Assembly: GCA_045605345.1 (NCBI GenBank)
Contig: JAZUPT010000019.1
Span: 64,603-128,602, forward strand
Origin: Candidatus Spyradenecus sp.
GTDB lineage: Bacteria; Verrucomicrobiota; Kiritimatiellia; RFP12; DVOR01
DNA: 64,000 bases
Reading direction: 5' to 3'
In this document: in pieces, positions 1-10,527 of the stretch
Numbering within the stretch: position 1 is the stretch's first letter
How the letters are laid out: each line of letters starts with the position of its first letter
Notes under the pieces: model-generated
The model's input: the letters and a program-made list of their open reading frames with translations, nothing else
Told to the model about the DNA's origin: nothing
Database searches by the model: none
Position numbers and translations under genes: made by a program

Positions 1-1691
1 AATGACTCGCAGAAAGCGAGGAGCATGGCGTGTGACAAGGAGTTTAAGATGCCGAAGGTGGTGAGTGCTTGCCAAGGCTTTGGGGCTTCGCCGCGGAGGA
101 TGTCGGCCACTAACGTAAAGTCTCCTTCGCCGTGCATGCGTGCGATGCAGGAGAGAATCTTGCGCAAAGTCGTGCGCGTCTCTTCATCTAAGGGAAGCCG
201 TGGCGGGAGGTGTTTGAGTGGGTGGCAACGGTCGCAGCGGACACAACGGCGCTTGGTGGCAACTTCGCCAAAGTAGGTTAGGAGGAACTTGTGGCGACAG
301 GAGCGGAGGGAGACAAAGTCCAGCAATGTTTGCAAGCGCGCACGGTCCGCGGTGGCCTTGTCATTGAGTGCGGCGCAGACCTCGGCGAGCGCCGCGGGAT
401 TGGCCGACTCAGGAATGCTAATGGTGGAATAGGGGTCGCCCGCATGACGCGTGCGATGAATGAGGCCGCGACGTTCAAAGTGCGCCATGAGGCTGCGAAT
501 GCTTTGTTCTGAAGCGAATCCTGCACGGCCCGCCCACTCCTCTGGACTGAACATCGCGCCGCCAGTTTCGGACTGCGTGCAGGCATTGCGAACGGCGGCG
601 TAGCATTCATAGACGTGTTCTTGAGGCGGGGTTGCAGCGGCAATGAAAAATTCTTGCGTGCGGATGTCGGCGGGGGAGAAGAGGAGTTCGCACCATGCAT
701 AGGCGCCATCACGGCCAGCGCGGCCGACTTCTTGGTAGTAAGCTTCCACGGAACCTGGAATATCCCAGTGCACAACAAAGCGAATGTCCGCACGATCCAC
801 GCCCATGCCAAAGGCATTGGTGGCGGCCACGATGGGCGCATCGCCACGCATAAAGGCATCTTGCACACGGGTGCGCTCTCGGTCTTCCATGGCGCCGTGG
901 TAGGCAATGATTCGGTGGCCGTGAGGTTTGAGCAAGAGTTGTACGCGCTCCACCGCGCGACGCGTGGCGCAGTAGATGATGCCAGTGCGAAAGGTTTCGA
1001 TCACCTGAAGGAGGCGCTCAAGTTTTTCGGCGTGAGTTTTGACGCGGGTAACGGTGAGATGGAGGTTGGGTCGGGCAAAGCCTGTGACAAAGATTTTTGG
1101 GGGCTGGCGACCATTTTTGCCGAGGCCGAGATGGCGAATGATATCTTGGCGAACGTCATCGGTGGCGGTAGCCGTTACGGCAATAATTCGAATATCCGAA
1201 GGAAGTGATGAGACCACCTTTTCAAGGTGGAGGTAGTCTGGACGGAAGTCATGACCCCAGGTGCTAATGCAGTGCGCTTCGTCAATCGCGAGCATGCGTA
1301 AGGGCGTGTCGGCTAAGGCATCAAGAAAGCGTGGATTGCGGAAACGTTCAGGGGCGACATAGACGAGTCGGTAGCGTCCTGAGCGCATGCCATTGAGACG
1401 GAAGGCGGTTTCGGTGGGGGAGAGCGTAGAATTGAGGTAGGTCGCAGAGATGCGGTGGGCGGTAAGGGCGTCAACCTGGTCCTTCATTAACGCAATGAGG
1501 GGCGAGACGACCAACACCGTGCCGTCAGTTAACATCGCGGGTAATTGGAAGCAAAGACTCTTACCTGAGCCAGTGGGCATAACGACAAGGACGTCATGCC
1601 CACCGAGGATAGCACGTATCGCAGCCTCTTGTCCAGGACGGAATTCAGAGAAGCCGAAGCCAGCAGCGAGCGCCTTGTGAAGCGCATCCAT
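1..1691 (-). CDS. recQ: ATP-dependent DNA helicase RecQ; the 3' end of the gene runs off the window edge, so the C-terminal part of the protein is missing
   Basis: Minus-strand translation starts at ATG 1689-1691 with MDALHKALAAGFGFSEFRPGQEAAIRAILGGHDVLVVMPTGSGKSLCFQLPA, i.e. Walker A and DEAH-box RecQ motifs. The frame stays open to position 1. It is absent from the ORF track because it has no stop in the window. Confidence 0.85.
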   Translation of the reverse strand, partial: MDALHKALAAGFGFSEFRPGQEAAIRAILGGHDVLVVMPTGSGKSLCFQLPAMLTDGTVLVVSPLIALMKDQVDALTAHRISATYLNSTLSPTETAFRLNGMRSGRYRLVYVAPERFRNPRFLDALADTPLRMLAIDEAHCISTWGHDFRPDYLHLEKVVSSLPSDIRIIAVTATATDDVRQDIIRHLGLGKNGRQPPKIFVTGFARPNLHLTVTRVKTHAEKLERLLQVIETFRTGIIYCATRRAVERVQLLLKPHGHRIIAYHGAMEDRERTRVQDAFMRGDAPIVAATNAFGMGVDRADIRFVVHWDIPGSVEAYYQEVGRAGRDGAYAWCELLFSPADIRTQEFFIAAATPPQEHVYECYAAVRNACTQSETGGAMFSPEEWAGRAGFASEQSIRSLMAHFERRGLIHRTRHAGDPYSTISIPESANPAALAEVCAALNDKATADRARLQTLLDFVSLRSCRHKFLLTYFGEVATKRRCVRCDRCHPLKHLPPRLPLDEETRTTLRKILSCIARMHGEGDFTLVADILRGEAPKPWQALTTFGILNSLSHAMLLAFCES

Positions 1692-2204
1692 TTAGGGTTG
1701 CCACGCGTTATAATCGTCGCGTGCGGTACGCATCATCGCGTTGTATTCTTCGGGTGTCCCGAGGCCAGAGCGGAAGGCGAGTTGGGAACCATCAGGGCCC
1801 ATCACCACTAAGAAGGGATAGTAGCGGCCTGCATCGGTGACAGAGAAGGTTTCTTCAAAGGTAGCGCGCGTTTCGGGGTCGTCTACCGAGACGTCGGCAT
1901 AGAGGAAATCTTCTGGGAGAGGAATGCTGCCATTGCCAAGCATATTCCATACCTTTTGGCAATTGGTGCAGTTCTCGCGTCCGTACTGGATGAGGAGAAA
2001 TTTATTTTTGGCTTTGGCATTATCCATCGCCTTGCGCAAATCATGTTCGCCACGCGGCTTCACCACCTTGAGTTGCTCGCAATTGGCACCTGCAGGCACG
2101 GTGGAGGGGGCGAACGGTTTGTCAGAGAAGGTCTCGGCCTGAGCGATAGAAGAGAGTGCGCTCACCGCGAGTAAGCAACCAAAACGAACAATCATATGAC
2201 GCAT
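1692..2204 (-). CDS. Secreted thioredoxin-fold protein with a CxxC active site
   Basis: 170 aa with an N-terminal signal peptide and a CTNC motif in a thioredoxin-like context (LLIQYGRENCTNCQKV). Confidence 0.6.
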   Translation of the reverse strand: MRHMIVRFGCLLAVSALSSIAQAETFSDKPFAPSTVPAGANCEQLKVVKPRGEHDLRKAMDNAKAKNKFLLIQYGRENCTNCQKVWNMLGNGSIPLPEDFLYADVSVDDPETRATFEETFSVTDAGRYYPFLVVMGPDGSQLAFRSGLGTPEEYNAMMRTARDDYNAWQP

Positions 2205-2242
2205 TGCGAATTCCTCCTAACGAAGCTAAAGCATTAAAGCGA

Positions 2243-3736
2243 TTATTCCAAAACGCGAGCACCTGTATTTTGGCCAGGGAAGTTCTTTGCGGAAATCTTC
2301 CAGAAGAAGGTACACGGCGTATCAACGGTAACGGTCTGCGGCGACCAGAAGTTGTCCTTTGTGAAGACCAACTTTTTCGTGCTGACCGCTTTACCTGCAC
2401 CATCGGTGTCAAGATTGACGGTGACCTTTTCCGGTGTAGCACGCCAGAGCGAGAAAGCAAAGCGCCCCTTGCCGAGCGGACGGCAGAAGATGGCATTCAC
2501 ATCGCGACGCAAACGCTGTTGGCGCAACATTGTATCGATGCCGATGCTAATGGCGGTGGTGGCCTCTTGGTCGCAGGTCGGCGGTAAAACCGCGGCACCC
2601 GTCCACTTGAGATAGAGCATGGCGGCGAACATTGCGGCGGTCGCTTCCGTAGGTTCGGCACCCTTGTACACAGGCTTATTGGGGCAACGGCGCACCCACT
2701 CTGCGATGGCCAGCGGGAAGGGGAGCCAGCCGGGCTTGTTCGCATCGGCGGCGTAAATCATTTCAAGGTGTTGCAATTCGGTTAGACCGGAATCGTCTTC
2801 AAAGGCAGGACGCGTGTAGACTGAGGCATTCGGCATCTTGCCCAAGGTGTGAACCGTACGGAAGAGGCAGGGCCATCCCGTGTCAATGGTGGTATCTTTT
2901 GTGTAATGAAGCGTCAGCTTGCGCCCATCGGCCAAAGCGAAGGCCTCAAGCCAATCGCCGATCTTACGTTCAAATGCACCATCATAAAGAATGGCATCAA
3001 AGGCAATGCCAACGCGCACATCAAAGCCACCTGCGGGTAAGTGTTGCGCGGCATAGATGACATCTTGACCAAGTTCTAACCCAGCATCAATGGAATCAAG
3101 CAAGTCCACTGCCAAACTCGGATGGATACCACTCAAGGGCGCAATTTCAAAATCTTCACCTTTGAGCACGCGTGCAATGCCAGCGGCCGCAACATAGGAT
3201 TCTGTGCCAGCACCTTTCGGTACTTTTTTATTGTAAAAGGTGTCATCGGTGTAGACGCGTTGCCACACCTTAGGCAATGCAATAAAGGTGAGATCTGCGC
3301 CGATAGCGAGGCGCGCGAGGCGTTGGAGTGGGGAGTTTTCGCAGAGGCCAGACATCTTATAGACGGGCTTCTGGACTGCGACAACTGCGGCATCTTGCAA
3401 GTGTTTTGGACGCAATGCCTTTAAGGTGGCTAAGCCCAGAAAGGCTAAACGTTCGGACTCGGCGGGGGAGAGCGTAACCAAGAGCGAATCAGCTTCAAGC
3501 AAGGCGGCTCGCACGCCATCGGTATCAGGCGTATTAATCCACGTGCTGAGCCACTTGAAGGGGACCACTTCCACGGCTTCGTCATTCAACAGGTGGCTGA
3601 GTTGGGTCGCTACAGCAGGAGCATCCACCGCTGCGCCTTGACCAACGAGCCAGACAACCTTTGCCGAAAGGAGAGGGGCGCAGCAGAGCGCGAGGAGGAA
3701 AGATACACTGCGGCAGAGAGAGGGAAGAAAACGCAT
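2243..3736 (-). CDS. Hypothetical secreted protein of 497 aa
   Basis: Long ORF with a signal peptide (MRFLPSLCRSVSFLLALCCAPLLSA). No motif I can name. Confidence 0.5.
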   Translation of the reverse strand: MRFLPSLCRSVSFLLALCCAPLLSAKVVWLVGQGAAVDAPAVATQLSHLLNDEAVEVVPFKWLSTWINTPDTDGVRAALLEADSLLVTLSPAESERLAFLGLATLKALRPKHLQDAAVVAVQKPVYKMSGLCENSPLQRLARLAIGADLTFIALPKVWQRVYTDDTFYNKKVPKGAGTESYVAAAGIARVLKGEDFEIAPLSGIHPSLAVDLLDSIDAGLELGQDVIYAAQHLPAGGFDVRVGIAFDAILYDGAFERKIGDWLEAFALADGRKLTLHYTKDTTIDTGWPCLFRTVHTLGKMPNASVYTRPAFEDDSGLTELQHLEMIYAADANKPGWLPFPLAIAEWVRRCPNKPVYKGAEPTEATAAMFAAMLYLKWTGAAVLPPTCDQEATTAISIGIDTMLRQQRLRRDVNAIFCRPLGKGRFAFSLWRATPEKVTVNLDTDGAGKAVSTKKLVFTKDNFWSPQTVTVDTPCTFFWKISAKNFPGQNTGARVLE

Positions 3737-3862
3737 AAACGGTCTTTCTACTTGTGCACAGAAGGATGGCTTAACCGAGGAAGTCTTTGAGGACCTCCAA
3801 TAGCCCCATAATGATCCCTTTGATCAAATATTCCATTGGAGGTCCTCGGGGTTAAAGGCGGA

Positions 3863-5125
3863 TTAAAATGCCGCCAATTTGTTGAAGTCCAACGTGGCAA
3901 AGAGGTCTTCAATGGTCTCTGCGCGACGGATTTCCGTAACAGACCCATCTTCGCGCAAGAGCAATTCTGCGGAACGCAGTTTGCCATTGTAGTTGAAGCC
4001 CATGGCGTGTCCGTGAGCGCCAGCGTCGTGGAAGACGAGGAGGTCGCCCGGCACGATTTCAGGAAGCGCACGCTGAATGGCGAACTTATCATTGTTTTCG
4101 CAGAGCGAACCTGTGACATCATAGATGTGGTCTGCGGGAGCATCGGCCTTGCCAACCACGGTAATGTGGTGGTAAGCACCATAGAGTGCCGGACGCATGA
4201 GGTTGGCCATGCACGCATCCATGCCCACATAATCGCGGTAGGTGTGCTTGAGGTGGCGCACTGTGCTGACGAGATAACCGTAAGGCCCCGTGATGCAACG
4301 GCCACATTCCAAGTAAATCTTCAGCTCGGGATGGCCCTTGCCAATGAGACGTTCTTCATAAGCTTTACGAATGCCTTCGCCGACAATCTCCAGATTGACG
4401 CCCTCTTGTTCGGGACGGTAGGGAATGCCGATGCCGCCGCCGAGATTGACGAATTCAAAGGTAATGCCCAATTCGGCGTGAAGCTCTGCAATGAGATCGA
4501 AGAGCAGAATCGCCGTATCAATGAAGTACTGCGGATTCAACTCATTGGAGGCCACCATTGTGTGCAAGCCAAAGCGCTTGACGCCCTTTTCCTTGAGGAG
4601 GCGATAGCCCTCAAAGAGTTGCTCACGTGTGAAGCCATACTTCGCTTCCTCAGGCTTGCCGATGATGGCATTGCCACCTTTGAGCGGGCCGGGATTGTAG
4701 CGGAAGCAGACGAGTTCGGGGAGTTTGCCGCATGCTTTTTCGAGGAATTCGATATGGGAGATGTCGTCAAGATTGACATTCGCGCCCATTTCCACAGCGT
4801 GGACAAATTCTTCGGCGGGGGTGTCATTGGAGGTGAACATAATTGCTTCACCATCCAAGCCGACCTTTTCCGAAAGGAGAAGTTCGGGCAAAGACGAGCA
4901 GTCGGCACCAAAGCCTTCATCCTTCAGTACGCGCATCAGGAAGGGATTAGGGGCAGCTTTGACAGCAAAGAAGTTGCGAAAGCCTTTATTCCAGGCAAAC
5001 GCAGCCTTCATGCGGCGAGCATTTGCACGGATGGCCTTTTCATCATAGAGGTGAAAAGGCGTAGGCCAACGGGTTGCGATGTCGCGCAATTGCGCTTCTG
5101 TGCAAGGCAATGTTTTTTCAGACAT
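3863..5125 (-). CDS. lysA: PLP-dependent fold-III decarboxylase, diaminopimelate decarboxylase-like
   Basis: 420 aa with FHLYDE near the N-terminus, a glycine-rich loop NLGGGIGIPY, and a CENNDKF/HDAGAHG C-terminal region typical of the DAP/ornithine/carboxynorspermidine decarboxylase family. Confidence 0.65.
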   Translation of the reverse strand: MSEKTLPCTEAQLRDIATRWPTPFHLYDEKAIRANARRMKAAFAWNKGFRNFFAVKAAPNPFLMRVLKDEGFGADCSSLPELLLSEKVGLDGEAIMFTSNDTPAEEFVHAVEMGANVNLDDISHIEFLEKACGKLPELVCFRYNPGPLKGGNAIIGKPEEAKYGFTREQLFEGYRLLKEKGVKRFGLHTMVASNELNPQYFIDTAILLFDLIAELHAELGITFEFVNLGGGIGIPYRPEQEGVNLEIVGEGIRKAYEERLIGKGHPELKIYLECGRCITGPYGYLVSTVRHLKHTYRDYVGMDACMANLMRPALYGAYHHITVVGKADAPADHIYDVTGSLCENNDKFAIQRALPEIVPGDLLVFHDAGAHGHAMGFNYNGKLRSAELLLREDGSVTEIRRAETIEDLFATLDFNKLAAF

Positions 5126-5134
5126 AGTTAAAAC

Positions 5135-5494
5135 TCAGGGATTATTGGGGGTGAAGGGAATTTCTTTTGCGCCAGTCCAAAGGGCTTCAATGTCGTAGTA
5201 TTCGCGTGCTTCAGGTGCAAAGATGTGAACCACTACATTGAATGCATCCAATAAGACCCAGCCGCTGTCAGACTCGCCAGAGGTGCGATAACGGAGGTCC
5301 GTGTCGGACTTGAGGTAGGATTGTGCAGCCTTTTGTAAAGCCTTCAAGTGAGGAGCCGAGGTACCTGAAGCAATTACGCAAATATCTGTTACGGTGGAAA
5401 TGCCGCGCACGTCTAAGATGCGAATCGCTTCTGCTTGTTTGTCATACAAAGCTTGCGCGATACCTAACGCGAGCGTTTCATTTGTTTGTGTCAT
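5135..5494 (-). CDS. rsfS: Ribosomal silencing factor RsfS (Iojap)
   Basis: 119 aa, size and sequence pattern of the RsfS family, located immediately downstream of nadD as in the conserved nadD-rsfS arrangement. Confidence 0.75.
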   Translation of the reverse strand: MTQTNETLALGIAQALYDKQAEAIRILDVRGISTVTDICVIASGTSAPHLKALQKAAQSYLKSDTDLRYRTSGESDSGWVLLDAFNVVVHIFAPEAREYYDIEALWTGAKEIPFTPNNP

Positions 5495-5510
5495 GGGATA
5501 TTGTCTCCTT

Positions 5511-6113
5511 TTATAAATAGAGGTTGTGATCCCGAAGGTAGCGTTCTTCTAAATCACAAATAGCATACCGAATCGGACGCTTCTCCGCAACTGCTGCGCG
5601 GATGTCCGAACTTGAGATGTCCAATAAAGGCCCCGTCAAACGGTGCGCTTTGAATCCTGGAACTGCTGGGACGGTGGATTCCGAGATTCCTGGACGGTCG
5701 AAGAGAATGAACTCGCAGAGCCCTGGCAATGCTTCTGCGCGATACCATTTGGAGAAGGATTGGGCTGAGTCCATTCCGATGATGAACCAGAAGGTTGCCT
5801 CAGGTTCTTCTGCGCGAAGCGCCATCAACGTATCGTAGGTGTAGGTCTTGCCACCGCGATAGATTTCACGACAGTCCAATGTAAACTGCGGATGGTTTGC
5901 AAGCGCTAAGCGTAACATCGCACACCGATCTTTGGCGGCGGCGGGCGCGTGTTCTTTGAGTGCTTGTTGTGCGCAGGGCATGAAGCGAACTTCATCTAAC
6001 GAAAAGGTCTCTAATGCCGCCTGCGCAAGGGCGATGTGTCCCTCGTGCACCGGATCAAAAGACCCTCCCATAAGTCCGATATTTCGTTTCATGCTTGTTA
6101 ACAATGCTTTCAA
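5511..6113 (-). CDS. nadD: Nicotinate-nucleotide adenylyltransferase
   Basis: GLMGGSFDPVHEGHIAL (the GGxFDPxHxGH nucleotidyltransferase motif), about 200 aa. Confidence 0.85.
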   Translation of the reverse strand: MKALLTSMKRNIGLMGGSFDPVHEGHIALAQAALETFSLDEVRFMPCAQQALKEHAPAAAKDRCAMLRLALANHPQFTLDCREIYRGGKTYTYDTLMALRAEEPEATFWFIIGMDSAQSFSKWYRAEALPGLCEFILFDRPGISESTVPAVPGFKAHRLTGPLLDISSSDIRAAVAEKRPIRYAICDLEERYLRDHNLYL

Positions 6114-7241
6114 TTAATCGAAGAAGGGGGCGGGCGGTGTGGCCACCGGACGCGATTCATACTGCGTAGCATCGGGCAGGAGGCCATATTCGGATTCCGC
6201 TGCATCAGAAATACGAAAGACATAGCGGAAAACGAAGATGAGTCCCGTTAAGGTGAGTAAAGCCACAAAGATTAAGAGTGCCTGATAGAGCATGCGCGGG
6301 GTGACATAACGACCTTCATCGCCATGTAAGCGCTTCACCTTCGGGCGTGTGGCACACGTGACCAAATTGGCGCAACCTTGGAAGAGGTGCTTGAAGAGGT
6401 CGCAAATCGGACGGAGCGCTTGGTTGGCGGGCTCAGAGACTGGCTGCTGCGGACTAAAAATGTTGCGTTTGGCGCTGCCTGCGGGCTTTAATTCGTCCGA
6501 ACGGTCTCGCTGCGGCACGATGGTGCGATTGCGCTTTTCTTGTTCAAAGGCTTTTGAGAAGATCGCGCGGTGAGGGTTCGCTGGAGGCGGGGTGACGGAC
6601 GCAGGTGTCACGGGTGGAGGTAGGGTGTCACCCGTGAGGGTAAAGGTTTCGCGAACCGCAGGGTCGGCCGCAGGTGGTTGCGGGTCGGCACTCATGGGGA
6701 AGAGTTCCAACTCTGGTGCGGGCGCTACGGGTGCTTGGGCAGGTGTCGGCGCAGGTTCCGTCGGCATGCGGAAGGGTTCAGGTTGTGCAACGGTGTCTTC
6801 TTCAACGCTAATAGAGATTTCTGGTTTTGGCACCGCGGTGAAGGTCTCTTCGGCAGGCTCCACAATCTTGTGCGTGACAACCTTTGAAGGGGTTTCCGTC
6901 AAGGGCTCTTTGGGCGGCAAGGTTCTGCGAGCGCCCGTATGGATGGGTTCTAACGGACGTTCGGGGAGTTCGCGAATTGCAGGACGTGTGACAGGCTTTT
7001 TGCCGCTGCCTCCAGTGGTTTGCGCAAGGTAGTCTTCAAGCAGAGGTTGCGCTTCGATTCCAAGCAGATCGCAGTAAAGCTGAATGTACCCTTTACCATA
7101 GATCGGAGCGGCAATTTTCTTGAAATTTTCCGTTTCCAAAGCATCAATAATGCGCGTCATTAGATGGGTGCGTTCGGAGACGTACTCTTTGGTCCAGCCG
7201 CGTTCAAGTCGTTGTTGTTTCAGAATTTCACCGAAAGACAT
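6114..7241 (-). CDS. RodZ-like helix-turn-helix membrane protein with a proline-rich linker
   Basis: N-terminal Xre-type HTH (ILKQQRLERGWTKEYVSERTHL), a long Pro/Ala/Thr-rich region, and a C-terminal transmembrane helix. Confidence 0.55.
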   Translation of the reverse strand: MSFGEILKQQRLERGWTKEYVSERTHLMTRIIDALETENFKKIAAPIYGKGYIQLYCDLLGIEAQPLLEDYLAQTTGGSGKKPVTRPAIRELPERPLEPIHTGARRTLPPKEPLTETPSKVVTHKIVEPAEETFTAVPKPEISISVEEDTVAQPEPFRMPTEPAPTPAQAPVAPAPELELFPMSADPQPPAADPAVRETFTLTGDTLPPPVTPASVTPPPANPHRAIFSKAFEQEKRNRTIVPQRDRSDELKPAGSAKRNIFSPQQPVSEPANQALRPICDLFKHLFQGCANLVTCATRPKVKRLHGDEGRYVTPRMLYQALLIFVALLTLTGLIFVFRYVFRISDAAESEYGLLPDATQYESRPVATPPAPFFD

Positions 7242-7273
7242 GTTTAACCTCGGACGTTAAGGAATGGAAGGTG

Positions 7274-10102
7274 TTAAAGGGAGGAATCTGTGGATTTAAA
7301 TTGTGATGGACGACGAATCTCTGGCAACTCAAGAGAGGCAGGGTCAAAATCGCCCAGGTCGAAGTCTTCACCCGTGGGTGGAGTCTCTTCCAACGGTTCA
7401 TAGTGATAATCATTGACGCCTTCATCACTCGGGCTTTCGGAGGCGGGCGAGGGGGCGGCGTCAGGTGCGGGCGCATCGGTTCGTGTATCAAAGGCGGCGG
7501 CTTCTCCATCGGTGCCGGCCATCTTTTGACGTTCTTCAGCATTCAAGTCAACGAGAATCTCACGCGTGCCTCCGGCGCGTCCCATTGGACCAATGATGCC
7601 ACGTTCTTCAAGCATATCGGTGATGCGGCCAGCCTTTTGATAGCCAATCTTAAATTTGCGTTGCAACGCAGAGGTGGAAAAACGTCCGGTTTGACGGATG
7701 TATTCCAATGCTTTGAGATAGACACCTTCATCGGAGGTGTCATCATCAGCACCCAATTCAATGACAGGGTCATCCTTAGGTTGCGCCACGAGCCCTTCAA
7801 GAAGCGATTCCACGCTGCGGGTGGTCTTCTCTTCGGGGATACGCTCCATGGTGCCTGTTAAGACGTTGTCAAAGGCGGGGCCTGCTTGATTACGAATGAA
7901 ATCACAGATGGCATCAATAGACTCATTGGTTACCCATGCGGCCTGCGAACGCACGGTGGGCTTACCAGAACGGCCAAGCAACATGTCACCCTTGCCGATA
8001 AGGTTTTCTGCGCCAGATTCGTCAAGAATGGTGCGAGAATCATTGGCCTGCGCCACGCGAAGGGCCACACGGCCGGGGATGTTAGATTTAATTGTACCCG
8101 TGATGATGTCTGTGGTGGGACGCTGGGTAGCGATAATGAGGTGGATGCCTGCCGCACGTGCCTTGGCGGTAAGGGCGGCGATGGGCATTTCAATTTCGGA
8201 TCGCACCGCGGGGTCATTCATCAAGTCGGCAAGTTCGTCAATGATGAGCACGATAAAGGGCAGGCGAACGGTCGGGTTGTCACGATGGGGAAGGGGATTC
8301 TCAACGCGATTGTTGTACTCACCAATGTTACGCACACCATACCGTTGCAACTGTTCGTAGCGACGTTCCATTTCCATCTTTGCCCAACGCAAGGTGAACA
8401 TCACTTTTTTCGGTTCCACCACAACAGGATTGAGCAAGTGTGGCAGGTTGTCGTAAGAGGTGAATTCTACGCGTTTGGGGTCAACCATCAAGAGGCGCAA
8501 GCGGTCGGGTTTGCGGCACATAAGGAGGCCGACGAGCATGTCATTGACCGCCACAGACTTACCGGAGCCTGTGCCACCCGCCACCAAGAGGTGGGGCATT
8601 TCTGCCAAGTCTACAATTAAGTCGCCGCCAGTGGCCAATTTACCCATAGCCAAGGGCAAATCCATCTTACGTTCTGCTTCGCGCCACGTGTTACCTTCCA
8701 GGATTTCACGCAAGGTCACCGATTGACGAATGGAGTTTGGTACTTCGATACCCACGAGGTCACGGCCAGGGATTGGCGCTTGGATGCGGATGGATTCTGC
8801 GCGCAGGTTCATCAGCAAGTTGCGTCGTGTACCCTCAAACTTCTTCAAGTCAACATTGGGCTCAGGGCGAATTTCAAACTGTGTAAGCACTGGACCACGC
8901 TTGTAATTGACCACCTTCGCATCAATGCGGAATTGCGCCAAGACACCTTCAATCGCAGCAATAGCCGACTGAATGTCTTCTGCATCACTCTTCCGTGGAG
9001 GAATTTTGCCCAAAAGTTCAATGGGCGGCAAGCCGTAATCCTGCAGATAAGCTTCGGGCTCAGTATTATCATTGGCCGCCGGCACGGGGGCTGTGATTGA
9101 TTTTTCGGGTGAAACAGGCTTTAGTACAGGCGCATTTTCCGCCTGTAGTGTGAAGGGGACGGGTTCAGGTTCAGGGCGCGGCTCTGGGCGCTTGGGCTTG
9201 GCGATGGGTTCGGGACGTTCAAAGAGGGGTTCGGCGGCTGCTTTGCGTGGTGGCGGCACCCATGTTTGATCTGCTAAGCGAGCGCGTTGGCGCAAAATTT
9301 CTGCCGTAGAAGGGACGGGTGTCTCTTCAACGGGTTCTGGTTCATGCTTGCTACCGAAGAGTCGGCGCCAAAAACCTGGCGCGTTTTCTTGGGGTGTGTC
9401 GATTGCTGCCGCCTGACTGCGCAACGCTTCCGCGGTCTCCATCGCTTCCGAACCGAGCGTTTCGGTGGTGCGCGGCGTCATCAAGCGCGTAAGGAGGAAG
9501 AGCATATTCCGCACGCCAATAATCATCTGGAGTAAGAAGGCAATCAAAGCCCACAACAGAATCTGCAATCCCATCTCCCCGAGGAAATCGCGCAGGAACC
9601 CCGTAACAAGCCATTGACCAATCGCGCCGCCAGCATTGGGACGCAAGTTGAGTTCGGCGAGTAAGGGAATGGCAGCGCCATCGTCACCGCCAAAACTCTG
9701 AAAGAGGCAGGCGAGAACTGCATAGAGACAACCAATCCAAATCACACGCAACCGAAAATAGTGCACCCGCCCATGCAACATGAAGCAAGCAATGAGAAAC
9801 AGCAATGGCAGTGCGAAATAACGATAGGCCAATCCTGCAATACCGTACCCATAAAAGGTCAACCAAGCGCCCAAGGTCCCAATCTTGTTCATCGGTACGC
9901 CATCAGGCGGCGAGGGAGGGTTGTGCAACCAACTAATGTCGCGCCAATCATAAGAGATGAGGGCGAAAAAGAGAATGATGGTCGTTGCCAATAAGACGAT
10001 GCCCCAAATGCGGCGCATCCGCACATTGACAGTGGTATTCATCTCCTCCGAGAGCGTGGAGGAGATGCGCGAAGCAGAATGGGATTGGGGTTTTCGAGGC
10101 AT
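7274..10102 (-). CDS. ftsK: DNA translocase FtsK/SpoIIIE
   Basis: 942 aa: N-terminal transmembrane helices, proline-rich linker, Walker A VAGGTGSGKSV, and a gamma-domain winged helix (YLKALEYIRQTGRFSTSALQRKFKIGYQKAGRI). Confidence 0.9.
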   Translation of the reverse strand: MPRKPQSHSASRISSTLSEEMNTTVNVRMRRIWGIVLLATTIILFFALISYDWRDISWLHNPPSPPDGVPMNKIGTLGAWLTFYGYGIAGLAYRYFALPLLFLIACFMLHGRVHYFRLRVIWIGCLYAVLACLFQSFGGDDGAAIPLLAELNLRPNAGGAIGQWLVTGFLRDFLGEMGLQILLWALIAFLLQMIIGVRNMLFLLTRLMTPRTTETLGSEAMETAEALRSQAAAIDTPQENAPGFWRRLFGSKHEPEPVEETPVPSTAEILRQRARLADQTWVPPPRKAAAEPLFERPEPIAKPKRPEPRPEPEPVPFTLQAENAPVLKPVSPEKSITAPVPAANDNTEPEAYLQDYGLPPIELLGKIPPRKSDAEDIQSAIAAIEGVLAQFRIDAKVVNYKRGPVLTQFEIRPEPNVDLKKFEGTRRNLLMNLRAESIRIQAPIPGRDLVGIEVPNSIRQSVTLREILEGNTWREAERKMDLPLAMGKLATGGDLIVDLAEMPHLLVAGGTGSGKSVAVNDMLVGLLMCRKPDRLRLLMVDPKRVEFTSYDNLPHLLNPVVVEPKKVMFTLRWAKMEMERRYEQLQRYGVRNIGEYNNRVENPLPHRDNPTVRLPFIVLIIDELADLMNDPAVRSEIEMPIAALTAKARAAGIHLIIATQRPTTDIITGTIKSNIPGRVALRVAQANDSRTILDESGAENLIGKGDMLLGRSGKPTVRSQAAWVTNESIDAICDFIRNQAGPAFDNVLTGTMERIPEEKTTRSVESLLEGLVAQPKDDPVIELGADDDTSDEGVYLKALEYIRQTGRFSTSALQRKFKIGYQKAGRITDMLEERGIIGPMGRAGGTREILVDLNAEERQKMAGTDGEAAAFDTRTDAPAPDAAPSPASESPSDEGVNDYHYEPLEETPPTGEDFDLGDFDPASLELPEIRRPSQFKSTDSSL

Positions 10103-10111
10103 GGTAAAGGA

Positions 10112-10525
10112 TTAGTTCTCTGTCACAAGTGAGAATTTGAAGAGTCTCGCAGAGCGTAAAATCTGGATGACATCCATGATGCGGCCATAAGCCTGCGTTT
10201 CATCTCCGCGAATATGCGCCACAACATCTTTGTTTTGTGCTACGGCCGCCTTGGCCTTGGCGAGGAGTTCTTCATCCGTAACGGGTTCTTTTCCGATGAA
10301 GAGGCGGCCTTCTGCGGTGATGCTTACGGTGAAGGGATCGTTATTTTCAAGCGGATCTCCTGAGGCCTTAGGCAAGCGCAGTGTCACTCCGTTTTGCAGT
10401 GCAGGGAAGGTGATGATGAAGGCAATCAGCAACAGAAACGTCATGTCCAAAATCGGCGTCATATCAATTTGACCATTGATTTGACGAGGTTTACGTTTTC
10501 TGCGGGAGAGCCGTGTGCGTAACAT
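10112..10525 (-). CDS. exbD: Biopolymer transport protein ExbD/TolR
   Basis: 137 aa with a single transmembrane helix and the ExbD family pattern (INMTPILDMTFLLLIAFII). Confidence 0.8.
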   Translation of the reverse strand: MLRTRLSRRKRKPRQINGQIDMTPILDMTFLLLIAFIITFPALQNGVTLRLPKASGDPLENNDPFTVSITAEGRLFIGKEPVTDEELLAKAKAAVAQNKDVVAHIRGDETQAYGRIMDVIQILRSARLFKFSLVTEN

Positions 10526-10527
10526 AA

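Noticed and set aside
615-1208. A 197-aa plus-strand ORF and a 209-aa minus-strand ORF (278-907) in the first 1.7 kb.
   Set aside because: Both are alternate-frame artefacts inside the recQ coding region. The real minus-strand frame encodes unmistakable RecQ motifs, and these ORFs have low-complexity, Ala/Arg-rich products.
3836-5131. A 431-aa plus-strand ORF.
   Set aside because: It is antisense to the well-supported PLP-decarboxylase (lysA-like) gene and has no recognisable motifs. High-GC antisense ORFs of this kind are common.
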